Source: Caldilineae bacterium (lineage in GTDB: Bacteria > Chloroflexota > Anaerolineae > JAAEKA01). From it: a DNA stretch of 64,000 nucleotides. The notes beneath the pieces are model-generated. The model had not been told where the DNA came from. It worked only from the letters and a program-made list of their open reading frames with translations, and searched no databases. Of the stretch, positions 51,970 to 60,172 are shown in pieces (the first letter of the stretch is position 1; the number at the start of each line of letters is the position of its first letter). The position numbers and the translations under genes were made by a program. The stretch covers positions 46,140 to 110,139 of the forward strand of contig JACKBK010000009.1 of assembly GCA_020634555.1 (NCBI GenBank), given 5' to 3'.

Positions 51970-52494
51970 ATGATTCGACTAGGAGTATTGACAATCAGCG
52001 ACCGGGCGGCGCACGGTGAAGCTGAAGACCGCAGTGGGCCCTTGATCGCGCAGACTCTGGTTCAGCAGCTTGCAGCGGAGGTGGTCGTTCAGGCAGTGGT
52101 GCCCGACGAGCGCCCGAGCATAGAGAACTTGCTGGTGCAATGGGCCGATGGCGGCCAAGTCGACCTGGTGCTGACTACCGGCGGCACGGGGTTTGCGCCG
52201 CGCGATGTGACCCCGGAGGCAACGATTTCTGTCATCCAGCGTCGCGCGCCTGGTTTTGCAGAGGCCATGCGGGCCGCCAGCATGAGAATCACCCCCCACG
52301 CCATGTTGAGCCGCGCCACTGCCGGCATCCGCGGCCGCACGCTGATCATCAACCTGCCTGGCAGTCCCAAGGCAGTTGCAGAGAACCTGGCGGTCATTCT
52401 GCCCGCTCTGTCTCACGCAGTGGAGCTTTTGCAGCAGGAGGAGACACCGGCAGCCTATGAACATGCGCTGCCAGGGGAACACCAGCCACGCTGA
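51970..52494 (+). CDS. mog: Molybdopterin adenylyltransferase MogA/MoaB family
   Basis: MIRLGVLTISDRAAHGEAEDRSGP..., LVLTTGGTGFAPRDVTPEA, INLPGSPKA. Confidence 0.88.
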   Translation: MIRLGVLTISDRAAHGEAEDRSGPLIAQTLVQQLAAEVVVQAVVPDERPSIENLLVQWADGGQVDLVLTTGGTGFAPRDVTPEATISVIQRRAPGFAEAMRAASMRITPHAMLSRATAGIRGRTLIINLPGSPKAVAENLAVILPALSHAVELLQQEETPAAYEHALPGEHQPR

Positions 52495-52497
52495 GTG

Positions 52498-52539
52498 ACT
52501 CAAAGCGGCCCGCAGATCGATCTGCGGGCCGCTTTGAGT
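52498..52539. terminator. Bidirectional hairpin between the convergent mog and lipoprotein genes
   Basis: Perfect 21-bp palindrome ACTCAAAGCGGCCCGCAGATC/GATCTGCGGGCCGCTTTGAGT. Confidence 0.6.
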
Positions 52540-52560
52540 TAGGTATCGCCGTGTTTGTCG

Positions 52561-53586
52561 TCAGCGCGGGATAAAGGATCGCGGGGTGGCAGGCTGTTCA
52601 CCGGATTGCGTCGGCAGGAAAAGCGCCAATTCCATGTCAGCCGGTTGGATGTAGGGCGCCAGGAAGCGCAGGATCGGCAGGTAAGGGCTGTCTGGCTCCA
52701 ACTGGCTGTACAGCGCGATGGCGTTGTCGATGCGTTCCTGATCCCAGGCGACGTTGGGCAGCGTCGAGCCATTGAGGTAGAGATACAGCCCTTCCGGCTC
52801 GGTCTCGGCCTGGACAATCTGAATATCGGCGGCGGCCAGTGAGGCAACGACAGTCGGGTCAAGCCGCGCGCTGCTGAGATCGACCGGCAGGCCGGCTACC
52901 TCAAACGCTTCCTGGTACTCGGTCATCGAGCTGCCGGCGATGGTGGGCACGCCCGCTGCATCCAACGCCACATCGACGTGGGCAATCAGCAGCGGCGCGG
53001 TGACAGCGGCACGCTCCTGTTCGGTGTCCACCAGCGGCAGCGTGTCTTTGTCACGCAACGGCGCTTCTGTGGCGCCGGCCGCAAGCGGGAAACGCACGAC
53101 GATGGGAATGCCCAGCTTGGAAATGATGTCGTTGGTCAGCAGCTTTTGCAATCGGCTCGCGGTGGTGTCATCCACACCGGCCAGCTTGAGCAATGCTCCC
53201 AGATTGTCGCGGGTCTCCTGGTCCAGCTCGATGTAGGGTAACGCCTGGCCGTTGACGAAGGGCACCAGGCCCTCGCCGCGGATCACCAGTTCGACACTCT
53301 GGATGTCGGCGTTTTCCAGCATCTGCAGCGTGTCGGCCGGCAGGCTGAAGGCCGCCGGGTCTTGTCCCAGGACGCCGGCAACCTTGGACACGGGGATACC
53401 GAAGAACTTGGGAGAACCGTCTTCGGCAATATTGACAGTGACACGGGGCAGCAGGAACGGCTTCTTGGCAGACTCCTGAGTCTGTTCCTCTTTATTCCCG
53501 CCGCATCCGGCCAGCGCCAGCATGGTGATCAGCAAAACGACAAAAAGTATGAAGGGGGTCCGGCGAGTACGGTTCCTTTGGGTCAT
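52561..53586 (-). CDS. Hypothetical lipoprotein
   Basis: Start at the ATG at 53586 (MTQRNRTRRTPFILFVVLLITMLALAGCGG...) with GAGGAG upstream. Lipobox LAGC. No family recognised. Confidence 0.65.
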   Translation of the reverse strand: MTQRNRTRRTPFILFVVLLITMLALAGCGGNKEEQTQESAKKPFLLPRVTVNIAEDGSPKFFGIPVSKVAGVLGQDPAAFSLPADTLQMLENADIQSVELVIRGEGLVPFVNGQALPYIELDQETRDNLGALLKLAGVDDTTASRLQKLLTNDIISKLGIPIVVRFPLAAGATEAPLRDKDTLPLVDTEQERAAVTAPLLIAHVDVALDAAGVPTIAGSSMTEYQEAFEVAGLPVDLSSARLDPTVVASLAAADIQIVQAETEPEGLYLYLNGSTLPNVAWDQERIDNAIALYSQLEPDSPYLPILRFLAPYIQPADMELALFLPTQSGEQPATPRSFIPR

Positions 53587-53767
53587 ACCAGGCTCCTCAT
53601 AGGACTCATCAACGGGGAAACTTGCGCGCCTTGGCAAGCATATGATACCGTCGCGATTATAACACAGCCCGCGCGGACGCGCAATTGAAACGATTTGCTC
53701 CTTCATCCACAAGACGCTTTTTGTGCGTTGCAAGTTACGGCCTGGCGGATTTCACAGGAGGCTGCCG

Positions 53768-54304
53768 TTGAACAGTTTCACATCACATTCATCATCGTTG
53801 GATTTCACGTTCCATTCCAGCCAGATTGCTTCTGACGCGCTGATCGCGCCCGGCGCCGTGGTTGTAGGCGATGTGACGCTGGCTGCCGGGAGCAGCGTCT
53901 GGTTCAATGCCACGGTGCGCGGCGATGTAGAGCGCATCGTCGTCGGTCGGGGCAGCAACATCCAGGAGGGCTGCATCCTGCACGCTGATCCGGGCTTTCC
54001 GTGCGAGATCGGCGCCGGTGTCACCGTTGGACACGGCGCAGTGGTGCATGGCGCGCAGGTGGGCGACAACTGCCTCATCGGTATCCGCGCGGTGCTGCTC
54101 AACGGCGCGGTGGTAGGCGAGAACAGCATCGTTGGCGCCTGTGCGCTGCTGACCGAGGGCAGGGTCTACCCGCCCAACTCGCTGATTCTGGGCGTCCCCG
54201 CCAGGGTTGTGCGCCAATTGACGCCGGAAGAGATAGAAGCCAACTACAGCGCGGCAGCGCGCTATATACAGCGCGCTGCCGCGTTCAGGACGAGCCAGGT
54301 CTAG
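53768..54304 (+). CDS. Gamma-carbonic-anhydrase-like hexapeptide-repeat protein (YrdA/PaaY family)
   Basis: VWFNATVRGDVERIVVG..SNIQEGCILHAD...GHGAVVHGAQVGDNCLIG left-handed beta-helix pattern. TTG at 53768 with AGGAGG 7 nt upstream. Confidence 0.8.
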   Translation: MNSFTSHSSSLDFTFHSSQIASDALIAPGAVVVGDVTLAAGSSVWFNATVRGDVERIVVGRGSNIQEGCILHADPGFPCEIGAGVTVGHGAVVHGAQVGDNCLIGIRAVLLNGAVVGENSIVGACALLTEGRVYPPNSLILGVPARVVRQLTPEEIEANYSAAARYIQRAAAFRTSQV

Positions 54305-54382
54305 TGCCCTGGTGAGATGGTTACGAGAGAGGGCACAGTGGTTCCCTAACCAGCACGATAACGAAGAGGACTTTCTGCTGTT

Positions 54383-54428
54383 TTGAATCAAAGACGAGGC
54401 GTGCTGCCACGCCTCGTCTTTGATTCAA
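54383..54428. terminator. Bidirectional hairpin between convergent genes
   Basis: TTGAATCAAAGACGAGGCGTG-CTGC-CACGCCTCGTCTTTGATTCAA. Confidence 0.6.
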
Positions 54429-54440
54429 GTACCTGTTGAA

Positions 54441-54905
54441 TTACTTCAATGTCATCAAATAGGCGATCAGGTTGTTGATCTCGTCCTCGGACAACTTCTG
54501 TGCCCAGTCCTGGGGCATCAACCCGGTTGCGCAAGCCGCACTGGGATCGGCCGCGTTGCAGCCGGTTGCCAGGTGTGCGTTGGGATCGACGATGGATTGG
54601 TGTAGATACTGTTGTGCATCCTCGCCCTCCACTGTACTGCCGGCGCGACTGGCGATGCCGGCCAGTGAGGGGCCAACAAGAACCTTTCCGGCTTCCAGAG
54701 AGTGGCAGGTTACACATCCGGCGTTGCCGTTGATAAGCTGTTGTTCAAACAGAGCCTTTCCAGCGGCTGCATCGCCGCTGGGGGCAGCGCCCGGTTGACT
54801 GGCCGAATTTGACTCGGCAGGCGTTGACTGGCTACCACCGCCACCGCAGGCGGCCAATACGAGAGCTGCTGCCAAAATCAGCACCAGCAAGACAAGTTTA
54901 CGCAC
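54441..54905 (-). CDS. Lipoprotein-anchored mono-haem c-type cytochrome
   Basis: GTG at 54905 (MRKLVLLVLILAAALVLAACGG...) with AAAGGAG upstream. CVTCH haem motif and a distal Met (GLMPQ). Confidence 0.8.
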   Translation of the reverse strand: MRKLVLLVLILAAALVLAACGGGGSQSTPAESNSASQPGAAPSGDAAAGKALFEQQLINGNAGCVTCHSLEAGKVLVGPSLAGIASRAGSTVEGEDAQQYLHQSIVDPNAHLATGCNAADPSAACATGLMPQDWAQKLSEDEINNLIAYLMTLK

Positions 54906-55117
54906 GGTACATCTCCTTTTGTTGTTGTCGCAGGTGACCGCTTCACCTGTGAAAAATCTAACGGTATGAGCATTGTACTCCAATATGGGGTAGTTGTGAA
55001 GAATATTGCTTGCAATTCCAGCAATCCAGGTTGGTTTCATTGATCTCCAGTTGCTTCAAAATGCGAACGCCCACCGGACTGCTGGTGGGCGAAAAAAGAA
55101 GGTGGAGAACGGACCTG

Positions 55118-55990
55118 TCAGAACAGCAGGATAGCAAGCTGTGGCCGGTATTCCAGCGTCAACTCGTTTTCATCGCCCAGCACGGTGAACAGTGCCAGCA
55201 TGTCTCGGCGTGCATGATCACGGAAGGCCCCGCGGTCGCGGCGCACCACTTCCAGGTAGCCCTCCAGGGCCTCGCGGTAGCTGCCTTTTGCGGCCATAGC
55301 CGACGCCAGCGCCAGCCGCGCATCGAGATCGTCAGGATTGGCGGCCAGCTTGCGGCGCGCCTCAACCTCGCCGCCGGTCAGGTCGGACTGCTGGCGGAAG
55401 CTGGCCTTGGCGATCAGGCTTTCCGCCTCGGCGCGCTCCGGCTTGCCAAAGGGGACGCGCTGCAAGGTTGAGACGGCTTCCTGGTATTGGTCTTGCTTCA
55501 CCAGCAACCGGCCCAGTCCCAGCAGCGCAGCCGGATGGTTCGGGTTGGAGACCAGCGCGCGGCGATAGGCTGCCATGGCACTGGCGTCCTGGCCGGCGGC
55601 CTCGAACTGCTGGCCCTGTTTGGCCATAATGTCGGCAGCGCTGGGCACCAGTTGATCGATGAAGCGGCGTATCTGCGGCTCCGGCACCGCGCCCACGAAC
55701 TCCGATACCACTTGTCCGTCGCGGAAGCCCTTGACCGCGGGGATGCCCTGGATGCCGTAGCGGGCGGCCGTCTGCTGGTTGTTGTCCACGTTTAACTTGG
55801 CCAGCACCCATGCGCCGTTGGCCTCGCTGGCCAGCCGCTCCAGCACCGGCCCGATCATGCGGCACGGCCCGCACCATGGCGCCCAGAAATCGACTACCAC
55901 CGGCACCCGCCGCGACTGTTCGATGACTGTGCGCGCGAAATCCTGGTCGGTTACTTCGATGATGGCGTTGACTGCGTCAGTAGTTGGCAT
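55118..55990 (-). CDS. Thioredoxin-domain plus TPR protein (YbbN/CnoX-like) with intact CGPC
   Basis: ATG at 55990 (MPTTDAVNAIIEV...) with GAGGAG upstream. FWAPWCGPCRM. C-terminal TPR-like helices. Confidence 0.85.
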   Translation of the reverse strand: MPTTDAVNAIIEVTDQDFARTVIEQSRRVPVVVDFWAPWCGPCRMIGPVLERLASEANGAWVLAKLNVDNNQQTAARYGIQGIPAVKGFRDGQVVSEFVGAVPEPQIRRFIDQLVPSAADIMAKQGQQFEAAGQDASAMAAYRRALVSNPNHPAALLGLGRLLVKQDQYQEAVSTLQRVPFGKPERAEAESLIAKASFRQQSDLTGGEVEARRKLAANPDDLDARLALASAMAAKGSYREALEGYLEVVRRDRGAFRDHARRDMLALFTVLGDENELTLEYRPQLAILLF

Positions 55991-56039
55991 GAATGGTCTC
56001 CTCATCTGCGTTGTTCACCTGCTTAGATGCTACAAAACG

Positions 56040-56915
56040 CCAAGATGTTACGCCACCGCCACCACCTTCACCTACGACGCCGAGAATCGGCTGGTGAGCG
56101 TCAGCGGCGCGGACACCTTCGTCTACGACGCCGACGGCGGACGGGTCAAGGCAACCTTCGGAAGCACGACCACCATCTACGTCGGCACGCACTATCAGAA
56201 GGTCAACGGGACGGTCATCAAATACTACTACGCCGGCGGCCGCCGCGTCGCGATGCGCACCGGCGGACAGACGTACTACCTGTTCCCAGACCACCTCGGC
56301 GGCACGCACATCACCGCCAACAGCAGCGGCGCGGAGTTGGGCCGGCTGCTGTACCGGCCCTGGGGCGAGACGCGCGTCAACACCGGCACGACGCTGACCA
56401 CGTGGCGCTTTACAGGCCAGCGGGAAGATGCTACAATCGGGCTGTACTACTACGGCGCTCGCTACTATGACAGCGTTTTGGGACGATTCGCGCAGGCGGA
56501 TACCATCGTCCCCGATCCGGGCGATCCACAGGCGCTGAACAGGTACTCTTATGCGCTGAACAACCCGCTCAGATACTCCGATCCCACTGGCATGTTCAGC
56601 GAGGACGAGATCATGAAATATCTGGGCGTAACCACATGGGACGATGTGCTGGCATTCTTTTATCCAGGGAATCTCGATGGAAATCCGATAGCTCTGTGGC
56701 ATACCGCAGAAGCTGCCGGAATGGGAACTGCACTGTATGCATTAGGTATAGGAATGGCTGGGATTGGTGTTGGCCTATGTACTACTCCTGTAGGATGTGT
56801 TGCTGGGGCCGAAATGATAATAGGTAGTGGAGCCTCTATTGGTTCTGGCCTCATGATTCACTATGGCTTGATTCTAGAACTCGAACACCAACACGTATTC
56901 GAATATGGTCCGTAG
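56040..56915 (+). CDS. Orphan Rhs/YD-repeat C-terminal fragment with toxin tip (5' truncated, start unclear)
   Basis: TFTYDAENRLVSV, FVYDADGGRV, YYYGARYYDSVLGRFAQAD and NRYSYALNNPLRYSDPTGM (Rhs core-end motif), then a 106-aa Gly/Ala-rich hydrophobic tail. The only in-frame ATG (55989) overlaps the divergent trx start. Confidence 0.65.
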   Translation, partial: PRCYATATTFTYDAENRLVSVSGADTFVYDADGGRVKATFGSTTTIYVGTHYQKVNGTVIKYYYAGGRRVAMRTGGQTYYLFPDHLGGTHITANSSGAELGRLLYRPWGETRVNTGTTLTTWRFTGQREDATIGLYYYGARYYDSVLGRFAQADTIVPDPGDPQALNRYSYALNNPLRYSDPTGMFSEDEIMKYLGVTTWDDVLAFFYPGNLDGNPIALWHTAEAAGMGTALYALGIGMAGIGVGLCTTPVGCVAGAEMIIGSGASIGSGLMIHYGLILELEHQHVFEYGP

Positions 56916-57071
56916 ACTGGTGGGCAGCAAGGACTACCAGATGAATGGAAGGCTACTTGGCATGACAAACCGGATTCGGCATGATTCGCAGCTTTTGTCT
57001 TAACACAGGCAGCATGCTAGGTCGGGGCCAAAGGCCGTTTGCATTGCCAAGGACTGCAAGGAGACAACCTA

Positions 57072-57344
57072 ATGAACGCAGCCTCTGTAATCAAAGCACT
57101 GGCGTTGCTTTTAACAGCGACAGTTGTGACCATGATAATTGCCTACCTTTCGAATACTCATCGGCTACCTTCCTGGTGCAAGGACGTATGGCTCATACTA
57201 GTGTTCGTGGGTCTAGCGATATACCTTGGAATCAATCTTGGCGTTAGTGCTCCTGGCATCGCTTGCGTAACATCGATCTTTGCCGTTACTGGCATTTCTG
57301 TACTCGTTATTCTTCGCCGAGGACAAAGGAAGCATCTTCAGTGA
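57072..57344 (+). CDS. Small 3-TM membrane protein, candidate immunity protein
   Basis: ATG at 57072 with AAGGAG 8 nt upstream. 90 aa, hydrophobic. Follows the Rhs toxin tip after a 156-nt spacer. Confidence 0.55.
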   Translation: MNAASVIKALALLLTATVVTMIIAYLSNTHRLPSWCKDVWLILVFVGLAIYLGINLGVSAPGIACVTSIFAVTGISVLVILRRGQRKHLQ

Positions 57345-57371
57345 TAGGTTGCTTGGCTTGAGGCGGGCCCA

Positions 57372-57848
57372 ATGCATCAGATTCCTTCTCCATGGTTGGC
57401 TAAGCTTGTGTGGCGGCGCTTCATCGTTATCAGTGGATTGCTGGCCCTGGCGGCTGGCAGTGGTCTGTTCAGGCTGGGCCTGGACCTCGTTACCGGACCC
57501 AATTGGCAGCCGCCAGTTCGCCAGCCCTTTGCTGCAAACGCTCTATTCGCGTTCCTTTTCGTCTACAGCATCGTGTGGATCGGCGGATCTCTTGGCGGGT
57601 TACGTTCTTTGGCCAAAGATTCTAGTCTCAGGCATAAGATCGAAAGTCAGTGGTGGTCCGTTCCCCTGTTGATACAAATTATAGTTCTGACGGAGTTTTG
57701 GGTTGTCGCCACGTTCTATGTACTACTGACAGCAGATATATGCAAGGGTGTGCTTCTGGGAATGTTATTCATTCTGAACGCGCTGGGTGTGTTTCTTTTT
57801 GGTCCTGTACTTACGACTTACAATCGTGGCCATGAAGCTGGCGGATAA
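57372..57848 (+). CDS. Multi-TM membrane protein (second candidate immunity protein)
   Basis: 158 aa with four or more hydrophobic segments, in AT-richer sequence. Confidence 0.5.
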   Translation: MHQIPSPWLAKLVWRRFIVISGLLALAAGSGLFRLGLDLVTGPNWQPPVRQPFAANALFAFLFVYSIVWIGGSLGGLRSLAKDSSLRHKIESQWWSVPLLIQIIVLTEFWVVATFYVLLTADICKGVLLGMLFILNALGVFLFGPVLTTYNRGHEAGG

Positions 57849-57912
57849 ACGACGATCCCATCGGTTCGTAGGCAACTTCTGTTCCGTTCACGTTTGGTAC
57901 GATCTTAGGTGA

Positions 57913-58341
57913 GCAGGTAGTGTCAAAATACTTGGCCGCGAGGCGCTGGGCAAGCCGCACGCCGTCGTCGCGGCCGGCAGCAACTACCTGTCCTACTGCT
58001 ACGACCAGAACGGCAACATGCGCCAGCGCAAGGTGGGTACGACCGCCACCACCTTCACCTACGACGCCGAGAACCGGCTGGTAAACGTCAACGGCTCGGA
58101 CACCTTCGTCTACGACGCCGACGGCGGACGGGTCAAGGCAACCTTCGGAAGCGCGACCACTATCTACGTCGGCACGCATTTCGAGAAGGTCAACGGAACC
58201 GTGGTTAAGTACTACTACGTCGGCAACCGTAGGATCGCCATGCGCACCGGCAGGCAGACGTACTACCTGTTCCCGGATCACCTGGGCGGCATGCACATCA
58301 CGGCCAACAGCAGCGGCGCGGAGCTGGGCCGGCTGCTGTAG
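57913..58341 (+). pseudogene. Truncated Rhs/YD-repeat fragment (no start, no toxin tip)
   Basis: Open frame from 57913: ...NYLSYCYDQNGNMRQRKVGTTATTFTYDAENRLVNV...AELGRLL, then stop. Nucleotides 58034-58338 closely match 56052-56352. Confidence 0.7.
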
Positions 58342-58507
58342 TGTGCAGCCTTCTTGCGTAGCACGCCGGAGTGGGTAGCCCGATCCGTTTTACGGTCGGG
58401 CGGCTGCACACCCACAGAATCCGATAGAACCAGCAGCATACGACTATCTGAGATTCAGCGGCGCATAGGATTCAACTCGCATCGTCATTTAATGATGGGT
58501 CTCCACC

Positions 58508-58858
58508 ATGTCAGATCAAGCTATCGAGTTTACTCCCACCTCTTGGGTTCTGTTGATTACGTGGATTGTGTTCAATCTTGTAGTGATCATAGCTATAGCC
58601 TATACATCAGTTACGGTTCTTCGTCAGCCGGACCACGTTTACGGCCGATTGAGGATGCAGTTCAACAAGGTGCTGGGGTTAGGTGTCATTGATGTCCTTT
58701 GGCTCACGGCAGTGTTATTTAGCGCCGGTGTTAACGATCTCAACCTTATTTGTCTTCCTGTCATATTCGCGTTTGTTCTGGTTCCGATATGGCTAATCTA
58801 TCGTCGTTTCTTCAGAAAGATGATAGAAAAGGAACGTGAACAATCGGCTACTCGCTAA
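58508..58858 (+). CDS. Small 3-TM membrane protein, candidate orphan immunity protein
   Basis: 116 aa, hydrophobic, AT-richer. Follows the truncated Rhs fragment. Confidence 0.5.
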   Translation: MSDQAIEFTPTSWVLLITWIVFNLVVIIAIAYTSVTVLRQPDHVYGRLRMQFNKVLGLGVIDVLWLTAVLFSAGVNDLNLICLPVIFAFVLVPIWLIYRRFFRKMIEKEREQSATR

Positions 58859-59381
58859 CTCCCAAGCGCGCCAACTCCTCGTCGACGCGGATCGCGAACT
58901 TGTGGACGGTCATGTTGGGCGCTTTGAGGTTGAAATCGCGGATCTCGCGGTTGAGACGCTCCACAGTCTGGCGGAACTCGCCAAGCGCGGCCTGCCATGA
59001 CCCCTCAACCCACTGGTGGCCGGCGCAGATCTGGGCACCGCGCTTCTCTGCGTAATCATCGCGGGCGCGCTCCAACTTCGTGCGCGCCGCCGCCAGTTCG
59101 TTGTCGATCTTGCGGCCATCCTCGATCCAGGGGAGGGTGAAGCCGGCGTTTCTGAGCAGCGAGTTGGCCAGCTCCTCCCCTTCGTCCGCGTAGGGGTTGC
59201 GGTTCAGATTGAGCGGCTTGCCCTTGCCGGGCAATGTGTCTATGTCGATCAGCGCGGCCTGTTCGTCGATGATGGCTTGCCAGTCGCGCGGCTCCTTCGG
59301 CTTGGATGGCGCCCGCAGTTCGTCGTATTTGCGCCGGGCATCCTCTGGCGCGCGCGGTGGAAGATCTTCCTGTCTGGTCAT
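58848..59381 (-). CDS. DUF1992 / DnaJ-homologue-C28-like protein
   Basis: ATG at 59381 (MTRQEDLPP...). LPGKGKPLNLNRNPY motif. ATGA overlap with the upstream LysM gene. Confidence 0.7.
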   Translation of the reverse strand: MTRQEDLPPRAPEDARRKYDELRAPSKPKEPRDWQAIIDEQAALIDIDTLPGKGKPLNLNRNPYADEGEELANSLLRNAGFTLPWIEDGRKIDNELAAARTKLERARDDYAEKRGAQICAGHQWVEGSWQAALGEFRQTVERLNREIRDFNLKAPNMTVHKFAIRVDEELARLGVSE

Positions 59382-60172
59382 GATTGCCTCATGGTAAGCG
59401 TGGCGATCAGATCGCCTGATGGATCGAGCAGTTCGACGACCGTCGGCAGCGTCCAAGCCGCCTCGGTCTGGCCCCAGAAGAGGTTCTGCGGATCGTCGAC
59501 GCCGATGCGGGTGTTGACAACGACCTGTCCACCCGGCGCGAGGGTGAAACGGGGCAGCCGGTAGCGCCGTCCGTCCGCGCTGGCCAGCGACCAGTTGAGC
59601 AGCGACAACGGATCGGCCGTGTCGTTGCCCAGCACCACCGCCTCCTCCTCGATGACGCCCGGCGCCAGGATCTCCACGATGGTTGGCGCGGCGACACTGC
59701 TGGTGGTTGCCAGCAGCGCGCGCACCACAATGGGCGTCGTCGTGGGTGTTGGGGTCGGTGTGGTGGCGACGGTTGGGCTGGGTTCAACCGTAACCGTCGG
59801 CGTGGCGGTGGGCAGGCTGCCCAGCGGCACCAGCAGTTCCTGGCCGACAAACAGCCGGTCGGGGTTGACGGAGCCGTTCAGCGCCCGCAGCACGTCCAGA
59901 TCGACGCCCAGTTGCAGCGCGATGCCGAGAAAGGTATCGCCCGACTGCACCTGGTAGACCTCGGTCGCCATGGACGGCATCGGCAGCGGCGTGGGCGTGC
60001 CGGTGGCCGGCGGCGCAGGCGTGGCCGTCGATGCCACGATGACGTACGGCGTCGGCGCTGTAAACGTCCTCGTCAGTCCGAGGTTGAACGCGACCAGCAC
60101 CACGGCTATCGAGATGGCGCACGACAGCAGCGTGTTGATGATGATGACTACCAGCATCTGGCGACGGGTCAT
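59378..60172 (-). CDS. Membrane-anchored LysM plus lamin-tail-domain (LTD) protein
   Basis: N-terminal TM helix. LysM YQVQSGDTFLGIALQLGVDLDVLRALNG. Thr/Pro linkers. C-terminal LTD-like VEILAPG...LLNWSLASADGRRYRLPRFTLAPGG. Confidence 0.75.
   Translation of the reverse strand: MTRRQMLVVIIINTLLSCAISIAVVLVAFNLGLTRTFTAPTPYVIVASTATPAPPATGTPTPLPMPSMATEVYQVQSGDTFLGIALQLGVDLDVLRALNGSVNPDRLFVGQELLVPLGSLPTATPTVTVEPSPTVATTPTPTPTTTPIVVRALLATTSSVAAPTIVEILAPGVIEEEAVVLGNDTADPLSLLNWSLASADGRRYRLPRFTLAPGGQVVVNTRIGVDDPQNLFWGQTEAAWTLPTVVELLDPSGDLIATLTMRQS

Noticed and set aside
55779-56039. Upstream part of the 378-aa ORF containing the Rhs fragment
   Set aside because: This portion is antisense to the thioredoxin-TPR gene and has no YD-repeat similarity. 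Homology to the second Rhs copy begins only near 56052.
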